This document shows positions 51,266-60,350 of a DNA stretch of 64,000 nt, one piece after another (positions within the stretch are counted from its first letter, which is position 1; each line of letters starts with the position of its first letter). The notes beneath the pieces were generated by a model. That model saw only the letters and a program-made list of their open reading frames with translations, did no database searches and was not told where the DNA came from. The stretch is from a virus, in the IMG/VR virus record IMGVR_UViG_3300045988_127492, positions 87,921 through 151,920 of that record; one strand, written 5' to 3'. A program made the translations under genes and the position numbers.

Positions 51266-51305
51266 ACACTTATCCCGTAGGGGATAGAAATCACAGGAGG
51301 TACAT

Positions 51306-51575
51306 ATGAACGACATTACATTTTATGGAGTAGATCTAGTCCAAGAACTCCAAAAACAGCTAGACTCCCACAAGTCAGCTATCTTATCTACTGCACCCCC
51401 AGATGCAGTAAAAGGCTACAATCTAGGTGTAAAAAACACTCTTCTACTTTTAGAATCACTTCTCTCATCTTTCGAACCCCACGAGTTCCTGATCAATACC
51501 ACAGATTCCCACTTAACTGAGTATGATTATGATGAGCTTATAGCTTTAACTTGTAAACCATTTTATAAATCCTAA
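51306..51575 (+). CDS. hypothetical small protein (first rightward gene)
   Basis: 89-aa ORF with an AGGAGG RBS. Confidence 0.6.
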   Translation: MNDITFYGVDLVQELQKQLDSHKSAILSTAPPDAVKGYNLGVKNTLLLLESLLSSFEPHEFLINTTDSHLTEYDYDELIALTCKPFYKS

Positions 51576-51588
51576 AGGAGAATTTTAT

Positions 51589-52680
51589 ATGAAAACTTTT
51601 ACTAATACACATTCATTACTATACCATATCAACGATTCAATTTCAATCCCTCTCAGATATTCTACTATTGAAGGTACTACATGGTTCATCGGCAAAGATG
51701 TAGCAGCCATCTGTGGGTATAAAGACACTTGGAAAGCTATAAAATACCATGTTTCACCTGAAAACATTGATCATACCGTATTAGATTCCCACAAATTTGT
51801 TATCATCAACTACGCAGGATTCAAAGAGATAGATCCTACTGAAGAGCATCTAAACTGGTTTGTAAATCATCTTCCAGAATCAAAATCATCCATAGAAGCT
51901 CCAACAGTGTTCACCCACCCACAATTCGGTACTCTTACTGTTATCAAGAAGGAAAATGATGAACTCTGGTTCGTTGGTAAGGAAGTAGCGGCAAAACTTG
52001 GATACAAAGATACCCCTAAAGCTGTTAAAGCACACGTTAGCATTGATGACAGAGGGGTGGGCGTTTTACCCACCCTTAAAGGATCCCAACAGATGACTAT
52101 CATCAATGAATCTGGTCTCTACTCTCTTATCCTCAGCAGTAAGCTACCGTCAGCGAAGGAGTTCAAACACTGGGTTACTTCCGAAGTACTCCCATCCATC
52201 CGTAAGACAGGGGGCTATGTTAACCCATCGCAGTCAGATCTTTTCCTAGACACCTATCTCCCATTTGCAGATCAGAACACTCGACTTCTCTTTAAAACTA
52301 CTCTTGATACTATTCAGCAGCAGAATAATACAATTCAGCAGCAGAACCACACTATCTCACATCAGGAAGACATCATTCGTAATCTCACATCAGACATTCC
52401 TTTAGCAGACAGACGACAGATTCTCAATCGAATTGTACGTTTCGGTGGCAGTCCTTATACAAGATGGTCTTTCCTCTATAGAGAGTTCGACAATAAGTTC
52501 CATATGAACACTAAGGTACAGCTTGAACGCTACAACGAAACTCATAGACCTAAGTTACAGAATCGTTTAGATTACATTGAGCACATCGGTATGTTCAATG
52601 AATTAGCTGAAATTGCATCCGTAATCTTTGGTCCTGACATCGAGAAATTATCTGCTCAGTATTACGAAATCTGCAAGTAA
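51589..52680 (+). CDS. antirepressor-like protein with two Bro-N domains
   Basis: TWFIGKDVAAICGYKDTWKAIKYHV and LWFVGKEVAAKLGYKDTPKAVKAHV, plus GLYSLILSSKLPSAKEFKHWVTSEVLPSIRKTG (Bro-N/Ant signature). Confidence 0.8.
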   Translation: MKTFTNTHSLLYHINDSISIPLRYSTIEGTTWFIGKDVAAICGYKDTWKAIKYHVSPENIDHTVLDSHKFVIINYAGFKEIDPTEEHLNWFVNHLPESKSSIEAPTVFTHPQFGTLTVIKKENDELWFVGKEVAAKLGYKDTPKAVKAHVSIDDRGVGVLPTLKGSQQMTIINESGLYSLILSSKLPSAKEFKHWVTSEVLPSIRKTGGYVNPSQSDLFLDTYLPFADQNTRLLFKTTLDTIQQQNNTIQQQNHTISHQEDIIRNLTSDIPLADRRQILNRIVRFGGSPYTRWSFLYREFDNKFHMNTKVQLERYNETHRPKLQNRLDYIEHIGMFNELAEIASVIFGPDIEKLSAQYYEICK

Positions 52681-52784
52681 ATTTTGATTCTATAGTGAGA
52701 GGCTTACAACTTTACAGTGAGCCTCTTACAAAAGAAATCTGATCCATATATTCAAATAAACCCATTATTTAGGAGGTAAAAAAC

Positions 52785-53672
52785 TTGATTGATACCACAA
52801 AAATTTTACCCGGTCAGGAATTTAAGAACATGCAGGAACTGTCAGTAGCTCTTACAGGTCAGAAGATGCCAGCCGGAAACAGATATGTTGTTAGAGTCAA
52901 CGAGATGAAGAAGTATTTAGCATGGGAAAAAGTCCCTGGGAGCAATAGAATTATCATTACTGATATATTCTCTGAACCAATTGAAAAGCCTAGAAAGAAA
53001 TATAAAAAAAGAACTATTACTCCAAGAGAGTATTATCCTCAGGGTAAATATAATTCTATGATGTATTCTAATCTAACCACTTTGGAACTTAATCATAAAT
53101 ACTCTATTGCTGAATTATTTGAAGTTCTAGGAATGACAAGTTGTAAATTTACTCGACCTAAGTATTATTTAGAGTGTGTGAATAAAACAGAATTGTCTCT
53201 TTCGACTTACAAATACTTTTATAATAAATTGAATTTAATCTTAAGTAAGACTTTGTACTCTACTCTCACTAATTTTAAAAAGAGAGGATGTATTTCTTAT
53301 CATATGGAATATAGATATACATTTAAAAGTGGTTACAAAGAAGTAGATATTCCAATAGAAATAATGGAAGAAGTTAAAGAACAGGCGCTGCAGGAAACTG
53401 CACATAAAGATGAATGGTCTGTTTTGCATAGCTCTGATGCTAAAGCCTACACACAATCTATTTTAGATAAATTGTCTGTATATGGTATAAAAAAATATAC
53501 TAAGTGCTATGTATTTACTTCTGTTAAGCAATTTAATAATTTGCCAGAACCAGATTTATCTGAAATGAATAATCTAACAATTGAGAAACTTTATAAATAC
53601 AGTAATAAGTTCGACCAGGTAAATCAAAAGAAAATTCAATCCATCATAAACACCAGTATTTTAAGTCGGTAG
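52785..53672 (+). CDS. hypothetical protein
   Basis: 295-aa ORF with a TTG start and an AGGAGG RBS. Confidence 0.6.
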   Translation: MIDTTKILPGQEFKNMQELSVALTGQKMPAGNRYVVRVNEMKKYLAWEKVPGSNRIIITDIFSEPIEKPRKKYKKRTITPREYYPQGKYNSMMYSNLTTLELNHKYSIAELFEVLGMTSCKFTRPKYYLECVNKTELSLSTYKYFYNKLNLILSKTLYSTLTNFKKRGCISYHMEYRYTFKSGYKEVDIPIEIMEEVKEQALQETAHKDEWSVLHSSDAKAYTQSILDKLSVYGIKKYTKCYVFTSVKQFNNLPEPDLSEMNNLTIEKLYKYSNKFDQVNQKKIQSIINTSILSR

Positions 53673-53793
53673 ACCGAAAGGCGAAGCCTGAGGTCTGAAC
53701 ACACGAAATCTTTTTCAGCGCATCTTTCTTACCTCGGCGGCTATGTACGCCTCGCCTAAAGCTGCTGCTTCTGAAAAAATTTTGCGTTCAGAC
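53671..53793 (+). ncRNA. candidate structured RNA/DNA element (nested and mutually exclusive helices), function unknown
   Basis: GTCTGAAC (53693) pairs with GTTCAGAC (53786). TTTTTCAG (53711) pairs with CTGAAAAA (53771). AGACC..GGTCT (53671/53692) competes with the first helix. Locally GC-rich in an AT-rich spacer. Confidence 0.3.
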
Positions 53794-53978
53794 GTTGATT
53801 ATTTTTGTTGGTGAAAAGTTTTCCACCAAAATAAAAATTGTACATATATCTTTTATATAAAAAATATTTGTACCTTTTTTATTAAGTAGAAAAAATATTA
53901 TTCGAAGTTGAACGAATGAGCGAAGCGAATGAGAGAAAACTATAAGACCCTCATGGCTCGCATAAGTTAAAGAAAGGA

Positions 53979-55625
53979 ATGATTACAATAGCAAAGCAGA
54001 AAAAATGTAAAAGATACTTATTCAAGCTCCACAGTGAACGTCTTCGTAGGTCACGCTGGAAGCTAGAATATCCATTAGAGGAAGCTCTAAATACAGAAGA
54101 CATTATTTCTCTGTCAGATAGCCAGATTCTCAGGTTCATAGATGAAATGAACGGTGCCACCAGTGAAGCCAGAGAAGAAGAAGCTTCTTATATAAAGAAA
54201 GAAATCAAACGTCTCAAAAAATCTGATTCTTCTAAGAAAGATACTCTCATAGCAAATCTCTATAAAAGATTCTATAATCTTCAGTTTGTCCCAGATTACA
54301 TGTGTTTAATCATTGATAAGATGTCCGACTATGACAGAGCCAATAAAGGCTTTTCTATCAACGGAATTAAATATCACAGACTCTTAGGCACCAACGGGGG
54401 TGTGAAAAATTCTACCATCGTTTATGTCTCTGAGAGATTATACCCTCAGATCTATGAACGTCTCTGCTGCGGAAGAAACATGGAACAAAAATTTGTGCCA
54501 GCTAAACTTGAAGCATATCAGGCACTGATCTGTTCCGGTAGCATCCCAGTGAGTATGCCAAAAGGGGTCATAGTTGTCCCAGACTGTATCACTCATTTCA
54601 GAGAAGATATCATTCGTGTAGATGACTCCCAGTCAGATGAGCCAATCGTAGAATTTCTCAAGGATCAAGAAATAGAACTTACGGAATCAGACGGTTACGG
54701 AATCATGCTCCCATCACTCTCCTACCGTTGGGCTAGAGAACTTGATGAAGAAGAGGACTTTTTATCTGGCTGTAACCTCAGAGGACTCCCATGGACAAAA
54801 GGTATGGTATTCACAATGGATTACTTAGCTTTCGGAGAATCTGTAGCGAAAAACTTCTATATAAAAGATGCTTGGGGCGATCTGAGAGACATCAGAGAAT
54901 CTGAATTAATCATCACTACTTCTATGCTCAAACTCTGGGACTCCTACTCTTCTTTCGAAGATTACTGGTCCAATGTAGAAAAATATCATTATCAGATATC
55001 TATAGCTAAGACTGCTCCTGCAAGACTTGATGAGTACAGAAGCACAAATTACCAGTTCCTGCAGAATTACCACCTTACACCGGAAGAAGTAACTGAGTTA
55101 GTCCGTCCGACAGTAGAAGAAATTCAAGAAATCCTCGGATTAGACTACAGGAAGTCACTCCTGTTCCTGAGAGGAACTAATCTTACGGAAGATTCCTACA
55201 TTGATGAGGAACCGTATATTAATGCTCTTATGATAGAGCCACAGATGATCAACGATCCTTATATCAGAGATAGAATCTACAATATGATTAAGAAGAAGAT
55301 CAGGCAAGCTAAGATTGGTGTTCTCAAAGTAAGGGGTAACTTTGCCATCATTGGTGGGGATCCGTATAGTCTGATGCAGAGTATCTTTGATCTGCCAGTA
55401 ACTGGATTACTCCACTCAGGTGAATGTTGGCATAAACATTGGCTCGATCGAGGAGTCAGTGAAGTATGCTGCTTCAGAGCACCTATGACAAGTAAGTACA
55501 ATGTGCGCAAACTTAAAGTAGTAGGTACTCCTGATATGACTTACTGGTATAGATATATAAACACATGCATGTTGTTAAACTCATGGGATAGTACTAAAGA
55601 AGCTCTCAACGGAGCTGATTGTGAT
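53979..55625 (+). CDS. YonO / cellular-RdRP-like single-subunit RNA polymerase, exon 1
   Basis: SDGYGIMLPSLS and RAPMTSKYNVRKLKVV resemble the RdRP motifs SDG-x-G-x-(I/M)S and R-N-P-x6-V-R-V-L-x-A-V. The exon ends ...LNGADCD at a U. Confidence 0.75.
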
Positions 55626-56617
55626 AAAACTCTGTCACCTTATACAGCGATGTATATGTAAAACTCGGTGAACTTACAAATGTAAGGTGTCCGGTACAAC
55701 CGGGCTAACAGTGGAACTCTTATTGGAAAAATAGATTATAAAAAGAAGGTGAGAACAATAGAAGAAAGAATTTTAAATGTAAAAGGTATTGAGTACATAG
55801 TCCGTGAAGATGGAAAGGTATTCAGTACTCATAACCGTGGTCGAGGTAAATACCATCAAGAAATTAAGCAGCGTATGAATTCAGATGGATACATGTGCGT
55901 TACTGTCGGTAGAACAGGGAACAGATCATCTGCCAGAATCCATAGATTAGTGGCGGAAGCATTTATCCCTAATCCTTTAAATTTACCGGAAGTAAATCAC
56001 AAAGACTACGATCGCACAAACAACAGTGCAGATAACTTAGAATGGTACTCACATAAAGAAAATATTGACTATACTCTCGCTGCTGGCAGACATATTTCGC
56101 AGACTGCAGATTATAGTGGCAAGAAAAATCCCAACTATGGGAACACCACGTTAAGTCAAAAATATAAAGCTGATCCTGCATACTCAAAAGAAAAACAATC
56201 TCGTCCAGGAGGCAAGAATGGAAGAGCTATTCCAGTATGCTTGTTAGATAAAGACAAAAATGTAATAGCAACTTTTCCATATATGCAGTTGTGCGCAGAA
56301 TATGTGTTAGAGCAACTGCACTCTTCTTCATCTCCGGCAGGTCTAGCAGGAAGAATTCCATATTATATAAAAACAGGCAACATATATAAACACACATACT
56401 ATTTTTCCAAAGACAATACTGTGCTAAGTCTCAACAATGAGAACAGTTCAACGACTATCGAAAGCATAGCTTAAGAGAAATACTTAAGTAAAGAAGCAAG
56501 TAGAGTACCTTGTGAGTGAAATTCTCACAGGGGAAGTGCCGAGCATCTGTATCTTGGTGATAGAGTTACAGATGAAGATATAGTCTAGCCCTTATGGAAA
56601 CATAAGGTATTAAGTCG
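55626..56617 (+). mobile_element. group I intron (992 nt) carrying an HNH homing endonuclease ORF
   Basis: P1: exon GTGAT pairs with GTCAC (55634-38), forming a G-U at the splice site. P10: CTCT (55630-33) pairs with exon-2 GGAG. R-like GTTCAACGACTATCG (56446-60). S element AAGATATAGTC (56575-85). GAAA-tetraloop hairpin 56590-56607. The intron ends in G. Confidence 0.85.
55749..56474 (+). CDS. HNH-family homing endonuclease (intron-encoded)
   Basis: DGYMCVTVGRTGNRSSARIHRLVAEAFIPNP...VNHKDYDRTNNSADNLEW (H-N-H pattern). GTG start. The 3' end overlaps the intron core R element. Confidence 0.8.
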   Translation: MRTIEERILNVKGIEYIVREDGKVFSTHNRGRGKYHQEIKQRMNSDGYMCVTVGRTGNRSSARIHRLVAEAFIPNPLNLPEVNHKDYDRTNNSADNLEWYSHKENIDYTLAAGRHISQTADYSGKKNPNYGNTTLSQKYKADPAYSKEKQSRPGGKNGRAIPVCLLDKDKNVIATFPYMQLCAEYVLEQLHSSSSPAGLAGRIPYYIKTGNIYKHTYYFSKDNTVLSLNNENSSTTIESIA

Positions 56618-57703
56618 GGAGACTTAATGTTTACTACTAATAATACTATTCTATTAAAACATACAGAAAACTTACCGCCAATCTATTGTATTCAGCGTAA
56701 AGGAAACAAGGTAGTTCCGACTGAAGCAGATATGATACAAGCTAATAAAGGATCTTTTGGTGATGCGATTGGTTCTATTACTAATGTTATCACTTCACAG
56801 ATATGCTTACAGGCAAGGTTCCCGAAAGACAGTGAGGAATATAAAGTCTTAGACTACAGGATATTGTGTGGGCAAATGTTTCAACAGAATTCCATCGACA
56901 AAGCGAAGGGCATCATTGCCAAGCCCATGCCGAAACATTGGTATGACAATAACTACAACCGTATAGAAGAAACAGATACACCGGAAGAAATAGCTAAAAA
57001 AGAGTTCAACCAGAGGATCTGCGCAGATAAGAAGCCGTACTTCTTCATCTACAACTACCCTACTCTCATGAAAGAATACAAAGATTACATAAAAACATCA
57101 GATGCCGTGAGCAGGTCCAGATTCAATATTCCACTGGAAACGCTGCTGTCAGCACAAGATTTGACTGAGGAACAGGCAGAGTTTCTTAAATTTTACAAAG
57201 AGTTCTATCCGGTCAATGCAGAAACATGTGTAGTTAATGAACTCTGTTGGGAAATTGAGAAGGAACTTTCTGATGTGAAAGAAAGCAAGGTGCCGTTTGA
57301 TAGCTCTATTCTGAAATCGGATGCTGCTTACACTGAAAATGAAAAGATGTTCATTAAATATATTTATGACAAATATAACAAAGCCTATGCAAATAGAATG
57401 AGCCGCCATAGTTCTGTATATGAAGATACTTCTTTAACACCTATTGGGATGACCTTTGAATCAGAGTGCGCTGAGTATGTGCCAAATGCAGAAAAGCTTT
57501 GCAACATTCTGGTTGACTTAGGATATAACACCAAAAAAGGAAAAACTTTCATCTGGGAAATGTCCGGGGATACCATTATTGATAATCTTCTGTCTCGAAC
57601 AGATGGCTATGCTCAGTTTCCAGTAAAGGATCCAGACGGTGATATAGAGTTTTGCGGCGAACACTTCTCAATGAAAAAAGTAAAAATGAAAGGTGAAGAA
57701 TAA
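56618..57703 (+). CDS. YonO / RdRP-like RNA polymerase, exon 2
   Basis: In-frame GDLMFTTNN... begins right after the intron-terminal G. Joining the exons restores NGADCDGDLMF, compare the beta-prime motif NADFDGDQM. Confidence 0.75.
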   Translation, partial: GDLMFTTNNTILLKHTENLPPIYCIQRKGNKVVPTEADMIQANKGSFGDAIGSITNVITSQICLQARFPKDSEEYKVLDYRILCGQMFQQNSIDKAKGIIAKPMPKHWYDNNYNRIEETDTPEEIAKKEFNQRICADKKPYFFIYNYPTLMKEYKDYIKTSDAVSRSRFNIPLETLLSAQDLTEEQAEFLKFYKEFYPVNAETCVVNELCWEIEKELSDVKESKVPFDSSILKSDAAYTENEKMFIKYIYDKYNKAYANRMSRHSSVYEDTSLTPIGMTFESECAEYVPNAEKLCNILVDLGYNTKKGKTFIWEMSGDTIIDNLLSRTDGYAQFPVKDPDGDIEFCGEHFSMKKVKMKGEE

Positions 57704-58569
57704 TGGATTTAATACTTAATGAAAAACAATATGTAGAAAAAATGTTAGAGCTTGGTGATTGTAGTCCTAAAGATTTAGGGGCAAACATAGCTCTACTAAC
57801 CAGATATATGTATCAGGAAAATTATACTCAGAAAGAAATCTACAATGGTATAGAAGAATTTGCTTCCAAAGTAGATTCTGACTTTGACATTAACAACTGG
57901 TATTCATTTATAGACAAATGCATCAGTAAAGCTAAGAAGAGAGATCTGTTGAACATTGACTATATACCTGTTACCCAGAAAGAATTAGATACTATCAAGG
58001 AAATCAAGAATCCTGCCAGAGAAAGACTTGCATTTACTCTCTTAGTTATTGCTAAATTTAATAATTTGAAATCAGAGACAAATAATAACTGGATCAATTA
58101 TTCTATGGATGTATATTTTAATCTTGCTAGAGTAACGTGCAAAGTAGATGATCGTCCATATATGATTTATGATCTGAAAGAAGCTGGTCTAGTTGAAGTG
58201 AGCAAAAAGATAACTCGATTCAATATAAGAATCACATTTGTTGATAATGAGTCTGATCCGGTACTTAAAATTACAGATATGCGTGAGTTGGGCTACCAGT
58301 ACCAGAACTTAGGTCCGAAATCTAAGATAAAACTGTGTAAACGCTGCGGCAAGCCATACAAAGTAAAAAGTTCCAAAGCAAGAAGCGCTTTCTGCTCTGA
58401 CTGCCAGAGTATCCAAGAAAAGAAACCTAAAGTAATTAAATGTGAAAAGTGTGGTAAAGAGTTTTTGACATCACCCAAAAATAATAGTTCTACACTCTGT
58501 TCAGAGTGCCATAGAGAAGTAAAAAATGAAATCAATCGAACTTTTATGCGCAAAGCACGACAAAAATAA
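57703..58569 (+). CDS. hypothetical protein with two C-terminal zinc ribbons
   Basis: CKRCGKPY...CSDCQ and CEKCGKEF...CSECH. 288 aa. Its start overlaps the polymerase stop (TAATG). Confidence 0.6.
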   Translation: MDLILNEKQYVEKMLELGDCSPKDLGANIALLTRYMYQENYTQKEIYNGIEEFASKVDSDFDINNWYSFIDKCISKAKKRDLLNIDYIPVTQKELDTIKEIKNPARERLAFTLLVIAKFNNLKSETNNNWINYSMDVYFNLARVTCKVDDRPYMIYDLKEAGLVEVSKKITRFNIRITFVDNESDPVLKITDMRELGYQYQNLGPKSKIKLCKRCGKPYKVKSSKARSAFCSDCQSIQEKKPKVIKCEKCGKEFLTSPKNNSSTLCSECHREVKNEINRTFMRKARQK

Positions 58570-58600
58570 GGGTTTGTGGATCGCACAAAAAAAGTTCAGT

Positions 58601-58642
58601 CTCCGCAAATGCGCTCTACAGGCGCGTTTGCGAGATTTCGTT
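58601..58642 (+). terminator. Rho-independent terminator candidate
   Basis: 13-bp GC-rich stem CTC(C)GCAAATGCGC / GCGCGTTTGCGAG with one bulge, followed by ATTTCGTT. Confidence 0.5.
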
Positions 58643-58674
58643 GATTGAGTATATATGAAAGGGAAGATATAGAG

Positions 58675-58905
58675 ATGAAAAACAATAATAGACTTTATTT
58701 TGCCAGACAGAAATTTTTAGGAAAATGTCCTGTCTGTGGAAAAACACTGAAAAAAGTAGATGGCGTGAATATCCTTCGCTGTAACAACGCTGCCTGTTCC
58801 GGAGTGACCGTGAGAAGAAATGGGGAAGTTTCTCAGGAACCCTACTACAGAATGCTAAACGACAGAGGTATGGAAATCTACGAACATCTATTTAATAAAA
58901 AATAA
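58675..58905 (+). CDS. zinc-ribbon small protein
   Basis: CPVCGKTL...CNNAAC. ATG 58675 preferred over the upstream TTG. Confidence 0.55.
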   Translation: MKNNNRLYFARQKFLGKCPVCGKTLKKVDGVNILRCNNAACSGVTVRRNGEVSQEPYYRMLNDRGMEIYEHLFNKK

Positions 58906-58918
58906 ATTACAGAAAGAG

Positions 58919-59098
58919 TTGATTATTATTAAACCGATTTCTAAGAAAGAAATTGAAAAGCTAATGGACAAAGGTATCATTAGAAACACACACAAAGGCT
59001 ACATTAACAAAAAGGGATATCATGTAGGATATTACAAAACCACAGGTAATAAGAGATACATTGAGGACTATTATGCTGACAAAGCAAAATCACTGTAA
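58919..59098 (+). CDS. 59-aa small basic protein (not in the ORF track at this length; TTG start, or ATG 58964)
   Basis: (M)IIIKPISKKEIEKLMDKGIIRNTHKGYINKKGYHVGYYKTTGNKRYIEDYYADKAKSL fills the gap. The RBS is weak. Confidence 0.4.
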   Translation: MIIIKPISKKEIEKLMDKGIIRNTHKGYINKKGYHVGYYKTTGNKRYIEDYYADKAKSL

Positions 59099-59112
59099 AG
59101 GAGTGCCTAACT

Positions 59113-60324
59113 ATTACTAAATTTTATGATACCAATGCTCTCCTGAATCTTCAGGAATCGGCATTCAAAGAAACATTTTTTATCTCTGATGAAACTCTTA
59201 GAGAAATCGAAAATATCAAAACATCCTCTCGTAAAGATGAGAATATCAAATACAAAGCTAGACATATAGCTCGTCTTTTAGATCAGAATCATGATCAGTA
59301 TTCCGTAGTAAATTATAATTTCGAAATGGAAAAACAACTGTTGAACTTTGAGTTGGATCCAGATAAACCAGACAATAGAATTGTCTTTAGTGCTTATGCT
59401 CTGTCTAAAACTCAGGACATTGAATTCATTTCAGATGACTTATGCTGCAAAAATATTGCGAGAAAAATCTTCGGTCTGCCGGTATATGGAATCGTAGAAC
59501 CTACTAATGAAATATACAAAGGATATAAAGTAATCAAAGGTGATACTGCAGCTATCAATCAGGCTATGGCTGAACTAGATTACTCTACTTGGTATACCAA
59601 TGAGTATCTTATTATTGAGAATACTGATGATGGTACTACTAAAGAGATGCGCTATGACGGTCAGGGGTTTGTAGCATTAAAGTTACCATCTTCTAAATTT
59701 ATTAAAGCAAAGAACTCTTTACAGCGTTGTGCATTAGATATTCTGAATAACCCAGACATTACTATTGCTGCTATTCTTGGTGGCTACGGTAGTGGTAAGA
59801 CTTATCTTTCTATGCAGATGGCACTGTACAACGTAAAGGAAAAAGGTAGAAACAGTAAAATCTTAGGTGTTCGAGAAGTTTCTGGTGAAGGTAAAGAGAT
59901 TGGGTTCCTGCCAGGTGATATGGAAGATAAGGTCGGAAAATTCTTTGAACCACTCTCCCAGTCTCTCAATGGCGGAGAATTTGAATTACAGAGCTTAAAA
60001 GTATCTGGTGTGTTAGATACTAATGTACCATTCTTTATGAAAGGTACTACTTATAATGACACTGTTATCATCTGCGATGAAGCAGAAGATTTATCAGAAA
60101 GTCAGATTAGACTCATCGGTACACGACTTGGAGAAAACAGTAAGATTTATCTTGCAGGTGACTATAAGCAGTCCCTATTAAGTAAGACAATTAACAACCC
60201 TCTCATCAAAATGTGTAATGAGTTTAAAGGAAATGAAAAGTTTGGATGTATCTATCTTGGAGAAGATGTGCGATCAGAAACCAGTAAACTCTTCGCTGAT
60301 CTTTTCGAAAAGGATCACTTCTAA
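59113..60324 (+). CDS. phoH: PIN-domain / PhoH-like ATPase fusion (YlaK-type), probable non-ATG (ATT) start
   Basis: Walker A GGYGSGKT and Walker B VIICDEAEDL. The frame is open upstream of the track ATG (59326) and encodes ITKFYDTNALLNL (first acidic motif of PIN). AAGGAG lies 9 nt before ATT 59113. Confidence 0.65.
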   Translation: MTKFYDTNALLNLQESAFKETFFISDETLREIENIKTSSRKDENIKYKARHIARLLDQNHDQYSVVNYNFEMEKQLLNFELDPDKPDNRIVFSAYALSKTQDIEFISDDLCCKNIARKIFGLPVYGIVEPTNEIYKGYKVIKGDTAAINQAMAELDYSTWYTNEYLIIENTDDGTTKEMRYDGQGFVALKLPSSKFIKAKNSLQRCALDILNNPDITIAAILGGYGSGKTYLSMQMALYNVKEKGRNSKILGVREVSGEGKEIGFLPGDMEDKVGKFFEPLSQSLNGGEFELQSLKVSGVLDTNVPFFMKGTTYNDTVIICDEAEDLSESQIRLIGTRLGENSKIYLAGDYKQSLLSKTINNPLIKMCNEFKGNEKFGCIYLGEDVRSETSKLFADLFEKDHF

Positions 60325-60350
60325 AATATAAGGATTACAAGGAGAAACGT

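Noticed and set aside
49288-51287. Track ORFs in the control region: 49288-49512, 49314-49583, 49578-49763, 49811-49993, 50991-51287.
   Set aside because: They have non-ATG or RBS-less starts and hydrophobic, low-complexity products. They overlap promoters, repeats and palindromes. The region behaves as regulatory or non-coding DNA.
53671-53830. A retron msr/msd element or a DGR template-like element as the explanation for the nested inverted repeats.
   Set aside because: There is no reverse transcriptase gene anywhere in the window, and no matching variable-repeat copy was noticed.
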